A DNA stretch of 63,927 nucleotides from Octopus bimaculoides (Eukaryota): contig NC_068985.1 of NCBI RefSeq assembly GCF_001194135.2, forward strand, positions 13,166,123 to 13,230,049, in the 5' to 3' direction. Shown here piece by piece: positions 26,438 to 37,542 of this stretch. Made by a program: the position numbers and the translations under genes. Numbering within the stretch: the stretch's first letter is position 1; each line of letters starts with the position of its first letter. The notes beneath the pieces are model-generated. The model was not told where the DNA came from. It did no database searches and saw nothing but the letters and a program-made list of their open reading frames with translations.

Positions 26438-26658
26438 GTTCAGTAGTTTCATTTTTATAACGTGCTTTCACTTCTCTACCGAGCGCAGCTCTGTGCGCCT
26501 TGGGTATGTGCTGTGGTTTGCTGTGATGCTCTTATGGTTACTGTATTGAANNNNNNNNNNTAACGTGCTTTCACTTCTCTACCGAGCGCAGCTCTGTGCG
26601 CCTTGGGTATGTGCTGTGGTTTGCTGTGATGCTCTTATGGTTACTGTATTGAAAGCTA
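26438..26658 (-). mobile_element. R4/Dong LINE extreme 3' end A (last codons LSIQ*, UTR, (AAT)n tail); duplicated across a 10-N gap
   Basis: Minus strand ctttcaatacagtaa (LSIQ*) followed by about 110 nt of UTR running into the (AAT)n run 26365-26437. Confidence 0.55.
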
Positions 26659-26661
26659 TTA

Positions 26662-26720
<59 letters not shown>

Positions 26721-26721
<1 letters not shown>

Positions 26722-27240
26722 GCATTTTCTTTCAATTCTGTTTCCATTTCTTGCCGAGTGTCTTCCTGACACTCAGGGCAGAGAAACATACTGTATACAT
26801 TGGTAGGCCATTAAAACAAACACACCAGATTGTTCATTTACAGAGTCATGTCTTAGAGTAAAAAGGGAAGACAGAGAGAAAAAGGAGAAATTAATAAAAT
26901 AGAAAAGTAAACAAATAGAATAAAAGGGGGAAAAGGAAAGAAAATTCACAGAGACAATGCTCTTCTCAATACGTGTGACGTACCAGTTAAGACAATCTTT
27001 TGCACATCCTGCATGGATAGTAAGCCTGGGATCATTCTGAAATAATTTTCAATTCCATTTTTTTATCATTCCAAGAGCTCCGACAATCACTAGTATTGTA
27101 ACGGTCTTGAGATTCCCCATCTTTTTGATTTCGATTAGCAAATCCTTATTTTTTCTGAGTTTATCAAATTCTTTTACCGGGATATTATGATCACAGGGTA
27201 TTCTCACGTCAATCAATAAACAGATTTTTCTTCTTTCATC
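26721..27240 (-). mobile_element. R4/Dong LINE 3' fragment B (RLE C-terminus, 3' UTR, (AAT)n tail)
   Basis: Minus strand reads KICLLIDVRIPCDHNIPVKEFDKLRKNKDLLIEIKKMGNLKTVTILVIVGALGMIKK, then after a frameshift GIENYFRMIPGLLSMQDVQKIVLTGTSHVLRRALSL* (stop 26946-26948). UTR hairpin gagtgtc/gacactc 26756-26774; bounded by TAA repeats on both sides. Confidence 0.85.
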
Positions 27241-27259
27241 ATTATTATTATTATTATTA

Positions 27260-27458
27260 GTTTGTTTTGGCTCAGGTTCGGTCTTATTCTTGGTAGGATT
27301 TATGTGGGTAGGGTATTACTACCTGTAACTTCAGGTATCCACCAATTTCCACCTGTCTTCCAAGTGCATAGAACGCTCCTGATAATCCTTGCTGGCTCTA
27401 AGATACAAACTTTCTGTTGGAGCTCTCTTTTAGCCATTTGTCTATATCTTTATATTGA
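27260..27458 (-). mobile_element. RLE LINE extreme 3' fragment C
   Basis: ELQQKVCILEPARIIRSVL matches the terminal LQKxxLLGTARIIRxVL motif of RLE elements; flanked by TAA runs on both sides. Confidence 0.6.
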
Positions 27459-27472
27459 ATTATTATTATTAT

Positions 27473-27648
27473 AGTTCAAGAAGTGATTTTAAATTCTCAA
27501 ACGCAGGATAATGCTCATAATATAGCCTGGACAGGATACGCTACCCTATTTTGCAGAAAAAGGTGTAGGTTGTTAGCTATGATACTCAAACTCACACCTC
27601 CGTGATTACGCGTCGCGGTGCTCTGACCGATTGAGCTAAACTCTCCCA
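27473..27648 (-). mobile_element. tRNA(Thr-CGT)-like head plus 95-bp body plus (TAA)n tail: candidate SINE or tRNA pseudogene
   Basis: Minus strand gggagagttTAGCTCAATCGGtcagagca-ccgcga-cgCGTaa-tcacgg-aggtgtgaGTTTGAGT: A box, anticodon arm (one mismatch) with CGT, and degenerate B box. Confidence 0.6.
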
Positions 27649-27783
27649 CTACAGATTCCTCTGCAAATTTCAGATGTATAGAAATCTCGCTTTATGAGAC
27701 GCTATCATATGCTGAATTCAAATTACGATAAACGTAAACAAACAAACGAAGTTTGCTTTTAGAAGCGCTGAGATGTCTTAGAA

Positions 27784-28015
27784 AGTTAAAGAAGTGATTT
27801 TAAATACTCAACCGCAGGATAATACTAATAATATAGCCTGAACAGGATAAACTACCCCTATTTTGCAGAAAAAAGTGTGGGTGGCGCACAGCAGATTAGA
27901 CTGTTAGAAAAAAATTCTAACATCGGGCTACCTTAGATGCCAAGAACGCTCCTGAATATCCTAGTTTTCTTCTGGAGCTGTACTAAACTGGGTTTTATCT
28001 CTATTTCCTCTATCC
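27784..28015 (-). mobile_element. RLE LINE extreme 3' fragment D with 3' UTR
   Basis: VQLQKKTRIFRSVLGI*, homologous to fragment C, followed by a UTR containing a 95-bp segment repeated at 27473-27566. Confidence 0.55.
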
Positions 28016-28027
28016 ATTATTATTATT

Positions 28028-28530
28028 TTTAGTGTTGTCATTGGTTTTATTGTTCTAGTTGTTGCTGTTGTTATTTATTTTTAATCTGCATGTTTGTTAC
28101 AAACACTTGTCGAGACACAGCCAGCGTCCTGGGGCGAGTGAAGGATAATATATGTTACCGTTTGACTGAAAGCTTGGGGATGGGAAGTAGCAGGGGCAGT
28201 AGCGAAATATCTTCATGTAATACAACACAGATATTTAAATTGATGGGTTTTTTTCTAAGGATGTGAGAAATACTTGTCTGCACAATCTTTGGGATTTCTT
28301 TGAGACATGTTTCTCCTGGGATGTTATCTAGATGTTGCTAACATCGCTTTTATACCTAGGGCACCTACAACATCAGTAACATTTTTCGCTTTACGATCCC
28401 ACATATTTTGTATTTCAATTTCCAGGTACTTATATTTATTTAATTTGCCAAATACCTTTACAGATATAGTTTTTTATCAGTGGGAACACTTACATCTATT
28501 AATCTACAAGTATTTTCGTCCCTGATTATT
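28028..28530 (-). mobile_element. R4/Dong LINE 3' fragment E (RLE C-terminus plus 3' UTR)
   Basis: DENTCRLIDVSVPTDK, then after frameshifts ISVKVFGKLNKYKYLEIEIQNMWDRKAKNVTDVVGALGI and LDNIPGETCLKEIPKIVQTSISHILRK; ends at an (ATT)n remnant 28016-28027. Confidence 0.8.
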
Positions 28531-28640
28531 CTGCCCGTGCCAAGGAGGCAAAACTTTTGTAATAGTTCTACTGGGCACTCTATTCCGATCTCTTTATATT
28601 CCTGTTGATGCTTTCTGATACTGTCCCCAATGTTTGTGGA
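28531..28640 (-). mobile_element. RLE LINE C-terminal fragment F
   Basis: GDSIRKHQQEYKEIGIECPVELLQKFCLLGTGRIIR fused directly to fragment E. Confidence 0.55.
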
Positions 28641-29257
28641 CTTCAACGATTTGTATGATATTACAGATGCTATCCAAATATGTGCTACGAATGATCATAG
28701 TGTTCGCATTGTTCAAACTAACTTTATCAATGCGATTATATATTTTTTTCAAGAGGAAATGTTCGTGTTCACATTTCTACGTTTGATCAATTATCACAGG
28801 GTCCTTATATTTTTTATCTTTGTTAAAATGTCGCAAGCTGCTTTCTTTTGTTTTTCTTTTTTCTATTTTTTTTCCTCCTTTATCATCACTAAGGCTTCTC
28901 CCACTAATATGACAGTTACCTTTGATGATTACTATTGACGCCACATTGAAAACACAAAGAAAATGCAAATGGCCACTGAATCAAGAAAACATACAGTTAA
29001 AACAATGTAAAAGCGAAACTATCTCCATTCCAGCCTGGACCTGGGTGGTGGCGTAAACAACTTAAGCTAAAACGTTTCTGTTAGTATTGCACGACAAATT
29101 GAAAACCAAAGAGAAACTACATTTTCATCAAGTTTTCAAAATAAAAACCATTTTCAAAGCAAGCGCGCTATTAAAACGTGTCCACTTGGATATTGATTCG
29201 ATGATGACGACGACGACGACGACGACGACGACGATGATGATGATGATGATCCTTTCT

Positions 29258-29468
29258 ACTATAGGCTCGAGGTCTGAGATTTGGAGGGAGGGAGCCAGCC
29301 GATTAAATCGACACCAGTACGCAACTAGTATTTAATTTATCGACCCCCAAAGGATGAAAGGCAAATTTAACCTGGGAGGAATTTGAACTCAGAAGAACGT
29401 AAAGACGGACGAAATACAGCTAAGCATTTCGCCCGACGTGCTAACGTTTCTGCCAGCTCACCGCATTA

Positions 29469-29538
<70 letters not shown>

Positions 29539-29740
29539 GTTTCAAATTTTGGTACAAGGTCAGCAATTTTCAAGGAGAGGTTAAGTGGATTAATTTTACC
29601 CTAGTGCTCAACTGGTACTTATTTTATCGACCCCGAAATGATGAAAGTCAAAATCGACCTCAGCGAAATTTTAACCCAGAACGTAAAGATGAACGAAATG
29701 CTACGAATCGTTTTGCCAGATATTTTAATGATTCTGGTAA
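29258..29740 (-). mobile_element. Two SINE family A copies separated by (AAT)n
   Basis: Cores near 29350 and 29640; (AAT)n 29468-29537 is the tail of the right-hand (type 3) copy. Confidence 0.75.
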
Positions 29741-30197
29741 CTGGGTGCCATAAAAAAACAGCAACAACAACGAAAACAACAACAACAACAACAACAACAA
29801 TAATAATAATGAATATTGATGCTAGTGATGATGATGATGATAATAATCACAACAACATCAATAGATGTAACAATAATTGTTTCAATTATAGGTACAGTCG
29901 TTTTAGTATTTGGCAAAGAGACAATTTATCAAAAATACGAACGTCATAGTATGCTTAGAAAATCAGCCCTGAGGGTTTGTGTTTTGTGTGTGTGTGTGTG
30001 TATACATGTGTGCGTGGTGCGACAGAGCGTATGTTTGCATGTATATATACATATGTATATAGATATGTATAAATGTGTGTGTGTGTAGCAGTATCATCGG
30101 TTCAAAGGGAACAACAGTGTCTAGGGGGTGTCAAACAATACCTGTCAGTATGAATACTGCTTTCACCTGTTATATATATATGTATGTAGGTATGTAT

Positions 30198-30398
30198 ATC
30201 TGTAAAAATATGTGGCACTTATTCTGTGGCCATGATAAAACTCCGAGTTTCGGATGCCGGGGTGGGAACATCTCTTCAGTTATCCGATTTTCAATGGCCG
30301 GATAACTGAAGAGATGTTGGCGTGGGGTCCCGCCCCGGCTTCCGAACCTCAGAGTTTTATCATGGCTCCCGAATAAGTGTCACATATTTTTTACAGAT
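30198..30398. mobile_element. 200-bp foldback of two inverted Penelope-like termini with hammerhead-like motif
   Basis: Arms pair from atctgtaaaaatatgtggcac.. to ..gtgtcacatattttttacagat, with a perfect 20-bp inner stem aacatctcttcagttatccg/cggataactgaagagatgtt. Minus arm reads gataa-CTGAAGA-gatg..catcc-GAAAC-tcgga-GTT-ttatc. Confidence 0.55.
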
Positions 30399-30478
30399 TA
30401 ATTCCTCTATTTACATAATATCGATGTCTTTTTCTTTCTTTTGTTTTCCTCTCTATCAATATATATATATATATATAT

Positions 30479-30653
30479 AAGAGGGAAAAGGACATCAAAA
30501 ACCAAAGAAGAACGAATAACAAGTCATTTAGAATATTTAATTAGATTAAGGTGAATATTAACTAATTAATTAATTTCACCTTACTCTAATTAAATGTTCT
30601 AGATGACTTGAGATACACGTCCTGCCTTGGTTTTGTTGTCCTTTCCCCTCTAA
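30479..30653. mobile_element. MITE-like palindromic element
   Basis: Imperfect inverted arms of about 78 bp (30479-30555 / 30575-30653), AT-rich loop, flanked by TA. Confidence 0.55.
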
Positions 30654-30999
30654 TATATACCTGCTAACTCGGAAGCCTACTACGGATCCCTAGCCCCAGC
30701 CTCAGAGCTGTGAACTTAGAACCTAATGGATGACCAATTATAGCATTTACGCAGCGTATCTGTTCGTTTAGATCACCAGTGAACTAAACCTCTCGTATTC
30801 GTTGTTCTGAAAAAAGTTCGTTTTCTATGATTTCGTATTTATGTTTTCGTTTCTCATTCTGTTTAAGGTTTTTTTTTATGTCTTGTACCCATATATGCAT
30901 GTATATATACATATATATGTAGGTATGTACATATATGTATGTATATATGCTTATATTTATATATTATTTATATTATTATATGATCGAAAGCCACGCATC

Positions 31000-31690
31000 C
31001 TTTTCCAAGTAAGTTTTATCTTAATAATTACGATGCGCACTCTTCTTCAATCTCTACTATCTCTTCTCTGTCTATCTCTCTCACACTCTTGTTCTTCATC
31101 CTTTCTGTTTTTTTCTCTCCCACCATTTCCATTTTCTTCTCCTCTCCCCTTCACCGTTCCCCCTCTTTCTCACTCTTCTTCCTTGACTCTCTCGTCGCTG
31201 ACACGTGACGAAAGGGGATCTATCTTTCTGTCCATTTCTTTCCTAAAGAAAAGACGTGCCTTTGCCAGTCTCCTCTCTTGGCTCGTTCTTCTTGCGTTCA
31301 TAATATTTTTTCTATCGTCTTGGCTCAACAGCCCTCACCGTTTGTTTTTACTGTCTTGTTCTCACTGTTCTGTTCTTATTACCACTTTCAACCTCCGCAA
31401 GGAATCCCAAATTTTATTCAATTTGCTTTGCGGGAAGGACTGTTTCAACGAAGTCGCGTATTGTCCTTACCTTCGAAACGCGGAGTAGATGAAACAGGGA
31501 CAACGGACGAAGGGGTATACTCTTTATGTTACATGACTCGCTTCCCTGTTTGTTTTTTTCGCTGTTCGAAAAAAAGTTCGTTCGCTATGTTTTCGTTTCT
31601 CATTGTGTTTAAGGTTTGTTTTATGTCCTGTACCCATATATGCATGTATATATACATATATGTGTATGTATGTACATATATATATATAAT
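31000..31690 (+). repeat. Dispersed repeat family 3 (also 30795-30960 + and 3770-4010 -), unclassified
   Basis: Shared gttcgaaaaaaagttcgtt..gttttcgtttctcattgtgtttaagg..tatgtcctgtacccatatatgcatg segment in three places. Confidence 0.6.
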
Positions 31691-32943
31691 AACGCAGAAA
31701 TTGCATACAAGTCAGCTACTGCTGTATTGGTTGATTTTTGTTTCAATGTCGTCATAAAAGATTACATAGCGTTACGCAATTCCACTGTTATCAGGCTTGA
31801 AACGGTCGACCAGTAACGTAGCTTAGATATTCCAGATAGTGTTCTTTTCAAATTGAAATTGCAATTCATTTACGCACAAGAAACTAGGTTTGGTCAAAAA
31901 AGCAATTAGGAACAAAAAATTAATGGAAGAATAGAAAAAAAGCTCAACATCAATCTAATTATGGTTCAATGGAGTGACATAAAAATAATCTGACTAAGTT
32001 CTAGACAGAGTGGGGCTGCGATACATTAAATGATCCTGAAATACATAGTAGACTTCATATCTTTTAAATGGAAACAAGTGCAAGCAAAACAGCGCAGAAG
32101 GAAAGATCTTAGCGATCGTCCATATCCCGCCCCACCATATCCACATATATATACATTCCTACGCAGATATCACAGCACATATACAACACAGTCCAACGTT
32201 CATACATACATATATATAGNNNNNNNNNNNNNNNNNNNNNNNNNNNNNNNNNNNNNNNNNNNNNNNNNNNNNNNNNNNNNNNNNNNNNNNNNNNNNNNNN
32301 NNNNNNNNNNNNNNNNNNNNNNNNNNNNNNNNNNNNNNNNNNNNNNNNNNNNNNNNNNNNNNNNNNNNNNNNNNNNNNNNNNNNNNNNNNNNNNNNNNNN
32401 NNNNNNNNNNNNNNNNNNNNNNNNNNNNNNNNNNNNNNNNNNNNNNNNNNNNNNNNNNNNNNNNNNNNNNNNNNNNNNNNNNNNNNNNNNNNNNNNNNNN
32501 NNNNNNNNNNNNNNNNNNNNNNNNNNNNNNNNNNNNNNNNNNNNNNNNNNNNNNNNNNNNNNNNNNNNNNNNNNNNNNNNNNNNNNNNNNNNNNNNNNNN
32601 NNNNNNNNNNNNNNNNNNNNNNNNNNNNNNNNNNNNNNNNNNNNNNNNNNNNNNNNNNNNNNNNNNNNNNNNNNNNNNNNNNNNNNNNNNNNNNNNNNNN
32701 NNNNNNNNNNNNNNNNNNNNNNNNNNNNNNNNNNNNNNNNNNNNNNNNNNNNNNNNNNNNNNNNNNNNNNNNNNNNNNNNNNNNNNNNNNNNNNNNNNNN
32801 NNNNNNNNNNNNNNNNNNNNNNNNNNNNNNNNNNNNNNNNNNNNNNNNNNNNNNNNNNNNNNNNNNNNNNNNNNNNNNNNNNNNNNNNNNNNNNNNNNNN
32901 NNNNNNNNNNNNNNNNNNNATATATATATAAATCCACACGCAC

Positions 32944-33370
32944 AGGCGCAGGGGTGACTGTGTGGTAAGAAGCTTACTTCTCAACCACAAAAATCTGCGT
33001 TGAATCCCACAGCGTGGCACCTTCGCCAAGTGTCTTCTACTATAGCCTCGGACCGACCAAAATCTTGTGAGTTGATTTGGAAAACGGAAACTGAAAGAAG
33101 CATGTTGTATACATATATATGTGTGTATATGAGTGTGTATATGTATGCGTGTATTTTTATGTATTTGTGTGTGTCTGTGTTTGTCATCCGTCCATCGCTT
33201 GATAACCGATGATGGTGTGTTTACATTCCTGTAACTTAGCGGTTCGGCAAAAACGACCAATAGAATAAGGCTTAGAAAGAACAAGTCATGCGGTTACTTT
33301 GTTCGACTAAAGGCAGTGCTCCAGCATGACCACAGTCAAATGACTAAAACAAGCAAAAGAATAAAAGAAT
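32944..33370 (+). mobile_element. SINE family B, full length
   Basis: As at 2872-3322. Confidence 0.82.
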
Positions 33371-33635
33371 ATATATATATATATATATACACACACATAT
33401 CTGAATGCATGTGTTTGTATTTATATTCATACGCATGTGTCACATGATCACATGATCACATGATCGACCAATCGGGTGTTGTCATATATCGCTAGTCACA
33501 ATGCATTCTGCATCGTTTTAGCTCCCAAATGATGCCACCTGTTTTGCTAGACCAGCTGGCCAAGAAACATTTTGATCGGAAGCTAGTCACTCCATATATA
33601 TATATATGTATATGTACCTTTACATTGATATATGT

Positions 33636-33882
33636 GGAGGCACGTGGCCTAGTGGTTAGGGTATCAGCACCATGATCGTAAGATTGTGGTTTCGATTCCT
33701 GGACAGGGTGACGCGTTCTGTTCTTGAGCAAAACACTTCATTTCACGTTGTTCCAGTCCACACAGCTGGCAAAAATAAGTAACGCTGCGATGCACTGGCG
33801 TCCCGTCCAGCCGGGGAACACATACGCCATTGAAACCGGGAAACCGGGCCCAAGAGCCTGGCTAGGGTTTAAAAGGGCGCAT
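33636..33882 (+). mobile_element. tRNA-derived SINE family C
   Basis: ggaggcacgTGGCCTAGTGGttagg..GGTTTCGATTCC, central ttcttgagcaaaacactt and gcgatgcactggcgtcccgtccag (V-SINE-like). Confidence 0.78.
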
Positions 33883-35215
33883 TTATTTTTTATTATTACA
33901 TGGATATATAAGTATATTAAGTTATAAAACGAAATTCGACAAATTCAATCATATTTTTCGTAAATGGAGGAGATTAGATGTTAATATGGAATAAAATATT
34001 ATTTATTCATTTCGCAATACGATCGTTTCGCACAGAAAGACAATAAATTCTTTTTAAGAATCTGAGTAGTCAAAGAGTACTCATCAATAGCACAATGAGA
34101 GATAATAATAAAAGCTACATAAAGAAAAAAGGGGAACTTTTTACATTTTTGTAATGAGTAATTGTTCTTGGAGACATGTCTATTTAAAACACGACTGTCG
34201 GGTAACGGTTTGGTGAAGATATATATAATATAGATATATAGGCAAATTTTTCTCTATAGATTAGTATAAAGGAGCTAATTTAAACTCCCATATAAGAAAT
34301 AAGAAACAAGTGGGGTTGAAAAGAAAATATCCAAATAAGGAAGTACGGAATTTTAAATTCTGGAGACTGAAATTTGTATTTAAAACTTAATAATCATTAC
34401 GGCTTATTTATAAATTAGAAAGCAATCATAAATGGTTAATGGCATATAAACTTTATAATAGAATGTTTTATGTAAATAATATGTCAGAATTACAGTATGT
34501 GGTAAGTAGATATTACAGAAAGTAATTAAAGTAATAACGTAGTAGATATTTCGTATGTGTATTTCGTGTGCAAGATTCTTGATGTGGATACGTGTGTTGA
34601 AAGAAATACAATTAAACCAGTGCGTGTGTTTATTACCGGCATAATGCCTCTCCCAAGGTTTAATTGTAGTAGATATTAAAAGGCGGTTAATAAAACGATA
34701 TGAAAAAAAAGGTAAAAATTATACGAATAATAAATAAAATATGAAGATGATTTATTTTACTTGGATATAAATACTTACAAATTCATAGATATTTGTAGAT
34801 GTATTTATATAGGCAGGTAGGGTAAATCGCTGTCGTTTCCTCTTGAAGCACATCTGCTCATTATCATCATAATCAAAATGTGTCCATAGTTAGTGTTGTA
34901 TGTAAATGAAAATACACATTAAAATTCAGAATTATGGATATATTTGCAGAGTTGCTGAATAACAAAACAAGTAAATGGAAATTTTTGGTATTATTTATTT
35001 ACCATTAAACGTGTTTCATTTGCTGATAGGAATTACAAAGATTTACTTGTTAAATAGACATGTAAGGAATTATTAAAATTTTCTCTGTATGAAGATATTC
35101 TAATAGAAATTTCGTCACATGTCTACATAACATGTGTGTCTTTGTAATTCCTGTTAGCAAATAAAACGTATGTAATGCAGAATAAATAATACCAAAACAT
35201 TCGCATCCTGTTTTG

Positions 35216-35250
<35 letters not shown>

Positions 35251-35524
35251 NNNNNNNNNNNNNNNNNNNNNNNNNNNNNNNNNNNNNNNNNNNNNNNNNN
35301 NNNNNNNNNNNNNNNNNNNNNNNNNNNNNNNNNNNNNNNNNNNNNNNNNNNNNNNNNNNNNNNNNNNNNNNNNNNNNNNNNNNNNNNNNNNNNNNNNNNN
35401 NNNNNNNNNNNNNNNNNNNNNNNNNNNNNNNNNNNNNNNNNNNNNNNNNNNNNNNNNNNNNNNNNNNNNNNNNNNNNNNNNNNNNNNNNNNNNNNNNNNN
35501 NNNNNNNNNNNNNNNNNNNNNNNN

Positions 35525-35577
<53 letters not shown>

Positions 35578-36189
35578 TTGTATTCTCAATATCGTTGAGT
35601 TTGGAATAATGTAAAAGACATTCGTAGAGTAATCAATATATTGAACAGAGTAGATATTTTCGCTTATTAATTAAGTGAATCTTACAAGATTAATTTCTGA
35701 AGAACTCATCACAGAATGTGCTCTCTGTCTAATACTTCCCGGAGAAAACAAAAGCAATCGTGTAAGAGAATGTAGTTGACAAGAATGTGTGTGTATGTGT
35801 GATTTTGCACGTGTGTATGTATGTACAATTTGGTATATGTGCTTATACAGGAGGAATATGTATACTGAAATGAAATACAGGACGAATAAGTATACTAAGC
35901 CACTTTAGAAATTTATTACACAAAAAATTAGACACCCACCGGCAAATGAATGAAGAAGCATAGGTAGGAACAGATGATCTTTGTGACTCTTGTTATCGTT
36001 GGTTCCTATTATCTTCTGAATACACTGTACTCTAAAAACGTAATTCTTGACCAATATCAGTCCTTACGGATCTGTAAACAGCGTAAATAGCAATGAAGCG
36101 TAAGCTTCTAGATGTTGATAGATCATCTTTATCATGATCCCATGTTAGCCATGAAAAATTAGGAGTTAGATGAGTGTTATCCCAATCAC

Positions 36190-36330
36190 TGCTTCTCTCA
36201 TTATGTGTTTGTTATTTGTATAAGCATTTCAGACATTTCCGTTCCAAGCTTTGCCATCTGAGACATTCCGTGGAGATGTGCCCCTCTTTGTGCATGAAAT
36301 TTAATGTTCGTTTCACTGTTATCTGAGTCC
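36190..36330 (-). pseudogene. Possible LINE ORF1 zinc-knuckle remnant
   Basis: HKEGHISTEC...KCLKC on the minus strand; stops nearby. Confidence 0.25.
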
Positions 36331-36654
36331 ATTTAATTTTCGTGCCTGTTTTAGACGATTGTTCAGTCTCCATCTGTTCATCATCATCGCAGTGCGATCT
36401 TTAATTTTCTGCTTCTTCGTTGTCTCTGACCGTTCTTTTATTAGAGGAAAAATCCATCGCTACTCTTTGCAGTTGTTCCATTATATACATGGAAAGGTGG
36501 ACGAGGCCACTTCATTTATTTCAGCTCAGGATATTTTCATTACTCTGAATGGGGATTCTTTGCACACAGTTTAGCAGAAGTCTTTCGCATCCAAGACATA
36601 TGAATTTGTTCTTTTGGATTCCCCTGCTCCTATTTTCTGTTCTCTATCAACTTT

Positions 36655-36845
36655 TTATTTCTTTATTGCCCAAAGGGGACTAAATATCGAAGGGACAAAC
36701 AGGGACAGACAAAAGAATTAAGTCGATTACATCGACTCCAGTGCGTAACTGGTACTTAATTTATCGACTCCCAATGGATGAAAGTTGACCCAGGCGGAAC
36801 TTGAACTCAGAACGTAACAGCAAACGAAATACCATTAAGCATTTC
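36655..36845 (-). mobile_element. SINE family A (tail type 2)
   Basis: ctttattgccc..gggacaaacagggacagac..cagtgcgtaactggtacttaatttatcgac. Confidence 0.75.
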
Positions 36846-37480
36846 TTTTTTATTGCAATCAAGGGGAGTATCGCTGACCGTCGATGTCCGGCAATGCGGA
36901 TGCCACGATTCTAGTCGCTCCCTTTAGATATTCATCCAGAATTATTTCGTGAAAATTAACGTCTGACACAAGTTGTTCTTGTTCTTGTATATGATGTTCT
37001 CTTCTCTAACTCAGTCTACCTCTCTCCACCTTGATCTCTCCTTCCCCCTCTCCGTTTTTTTTACCTTCGCTAGACAGGAAGTGCTAATGTTGATATCAAT
37101 CTCGAGTAGCATCTTTCTGCTTTCAGAAGTTACGTAAGACTAATGAGTCTTCCTTGAACCGAGGCTTTTACTTTTTGGTTTACTTCCACAATGAATTAAG
37201 CTCCGAAATTATTCGACAACCTTCAGGTCCTACCGGAAATGAACACTCGTGCAGAACCATTCAAAACCCTATCATTCCGATTCCTGTTGGTGATCAGTAA
37301 TTGCCCCTACGCTGTTGCATGATTAGCAATCAATCAGACATCTACGATGCCTACGTTGGCTTTAGATCTGAAACCTATGATTCTGCAAAAACTGAATTCT
37401 GCTGCCTTTCTTTTTGTTTCTCTTATTTCTATCCTTTCATATTCACTTTGAAGGAGGGCATTTTCTCCGAGAGGTTCCAA

Positions 37481-37540
<60 letters not shown>
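37481..37540. repeat. (AAT)20 microsatellite
   Basis: Visible directly. Confidence 0.95.

Positions 37541-37542
<2 letters not shown>

Noticed and set aside
26460-26650. Apparent 90-bp tandem duplication
   Set aside because: Identical copies sit on either side of a 10-N gap, typical of contig overlap in scaffolding.
30841-31488. 215-aa hydrophobic ORF resembling a membrane protein
   Set aside because: Derived from pyrimidine-rich low-complexity DNA and a dispersed repeat.
33636-33710. Functional tRNA gene (also heads at 17640-17712, 20283-20350 and 2176-2260)
   Set aside because: A and B boxes are present but no complete cloverleaf, and each continues into a SINE body.
37301-37540. N-terminal part of the 328-aa ORF including poly-Asn
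   Set aside because: Chance in-frame read through unique DNA and (AAT)n into the LINE fragment; not part of the element.
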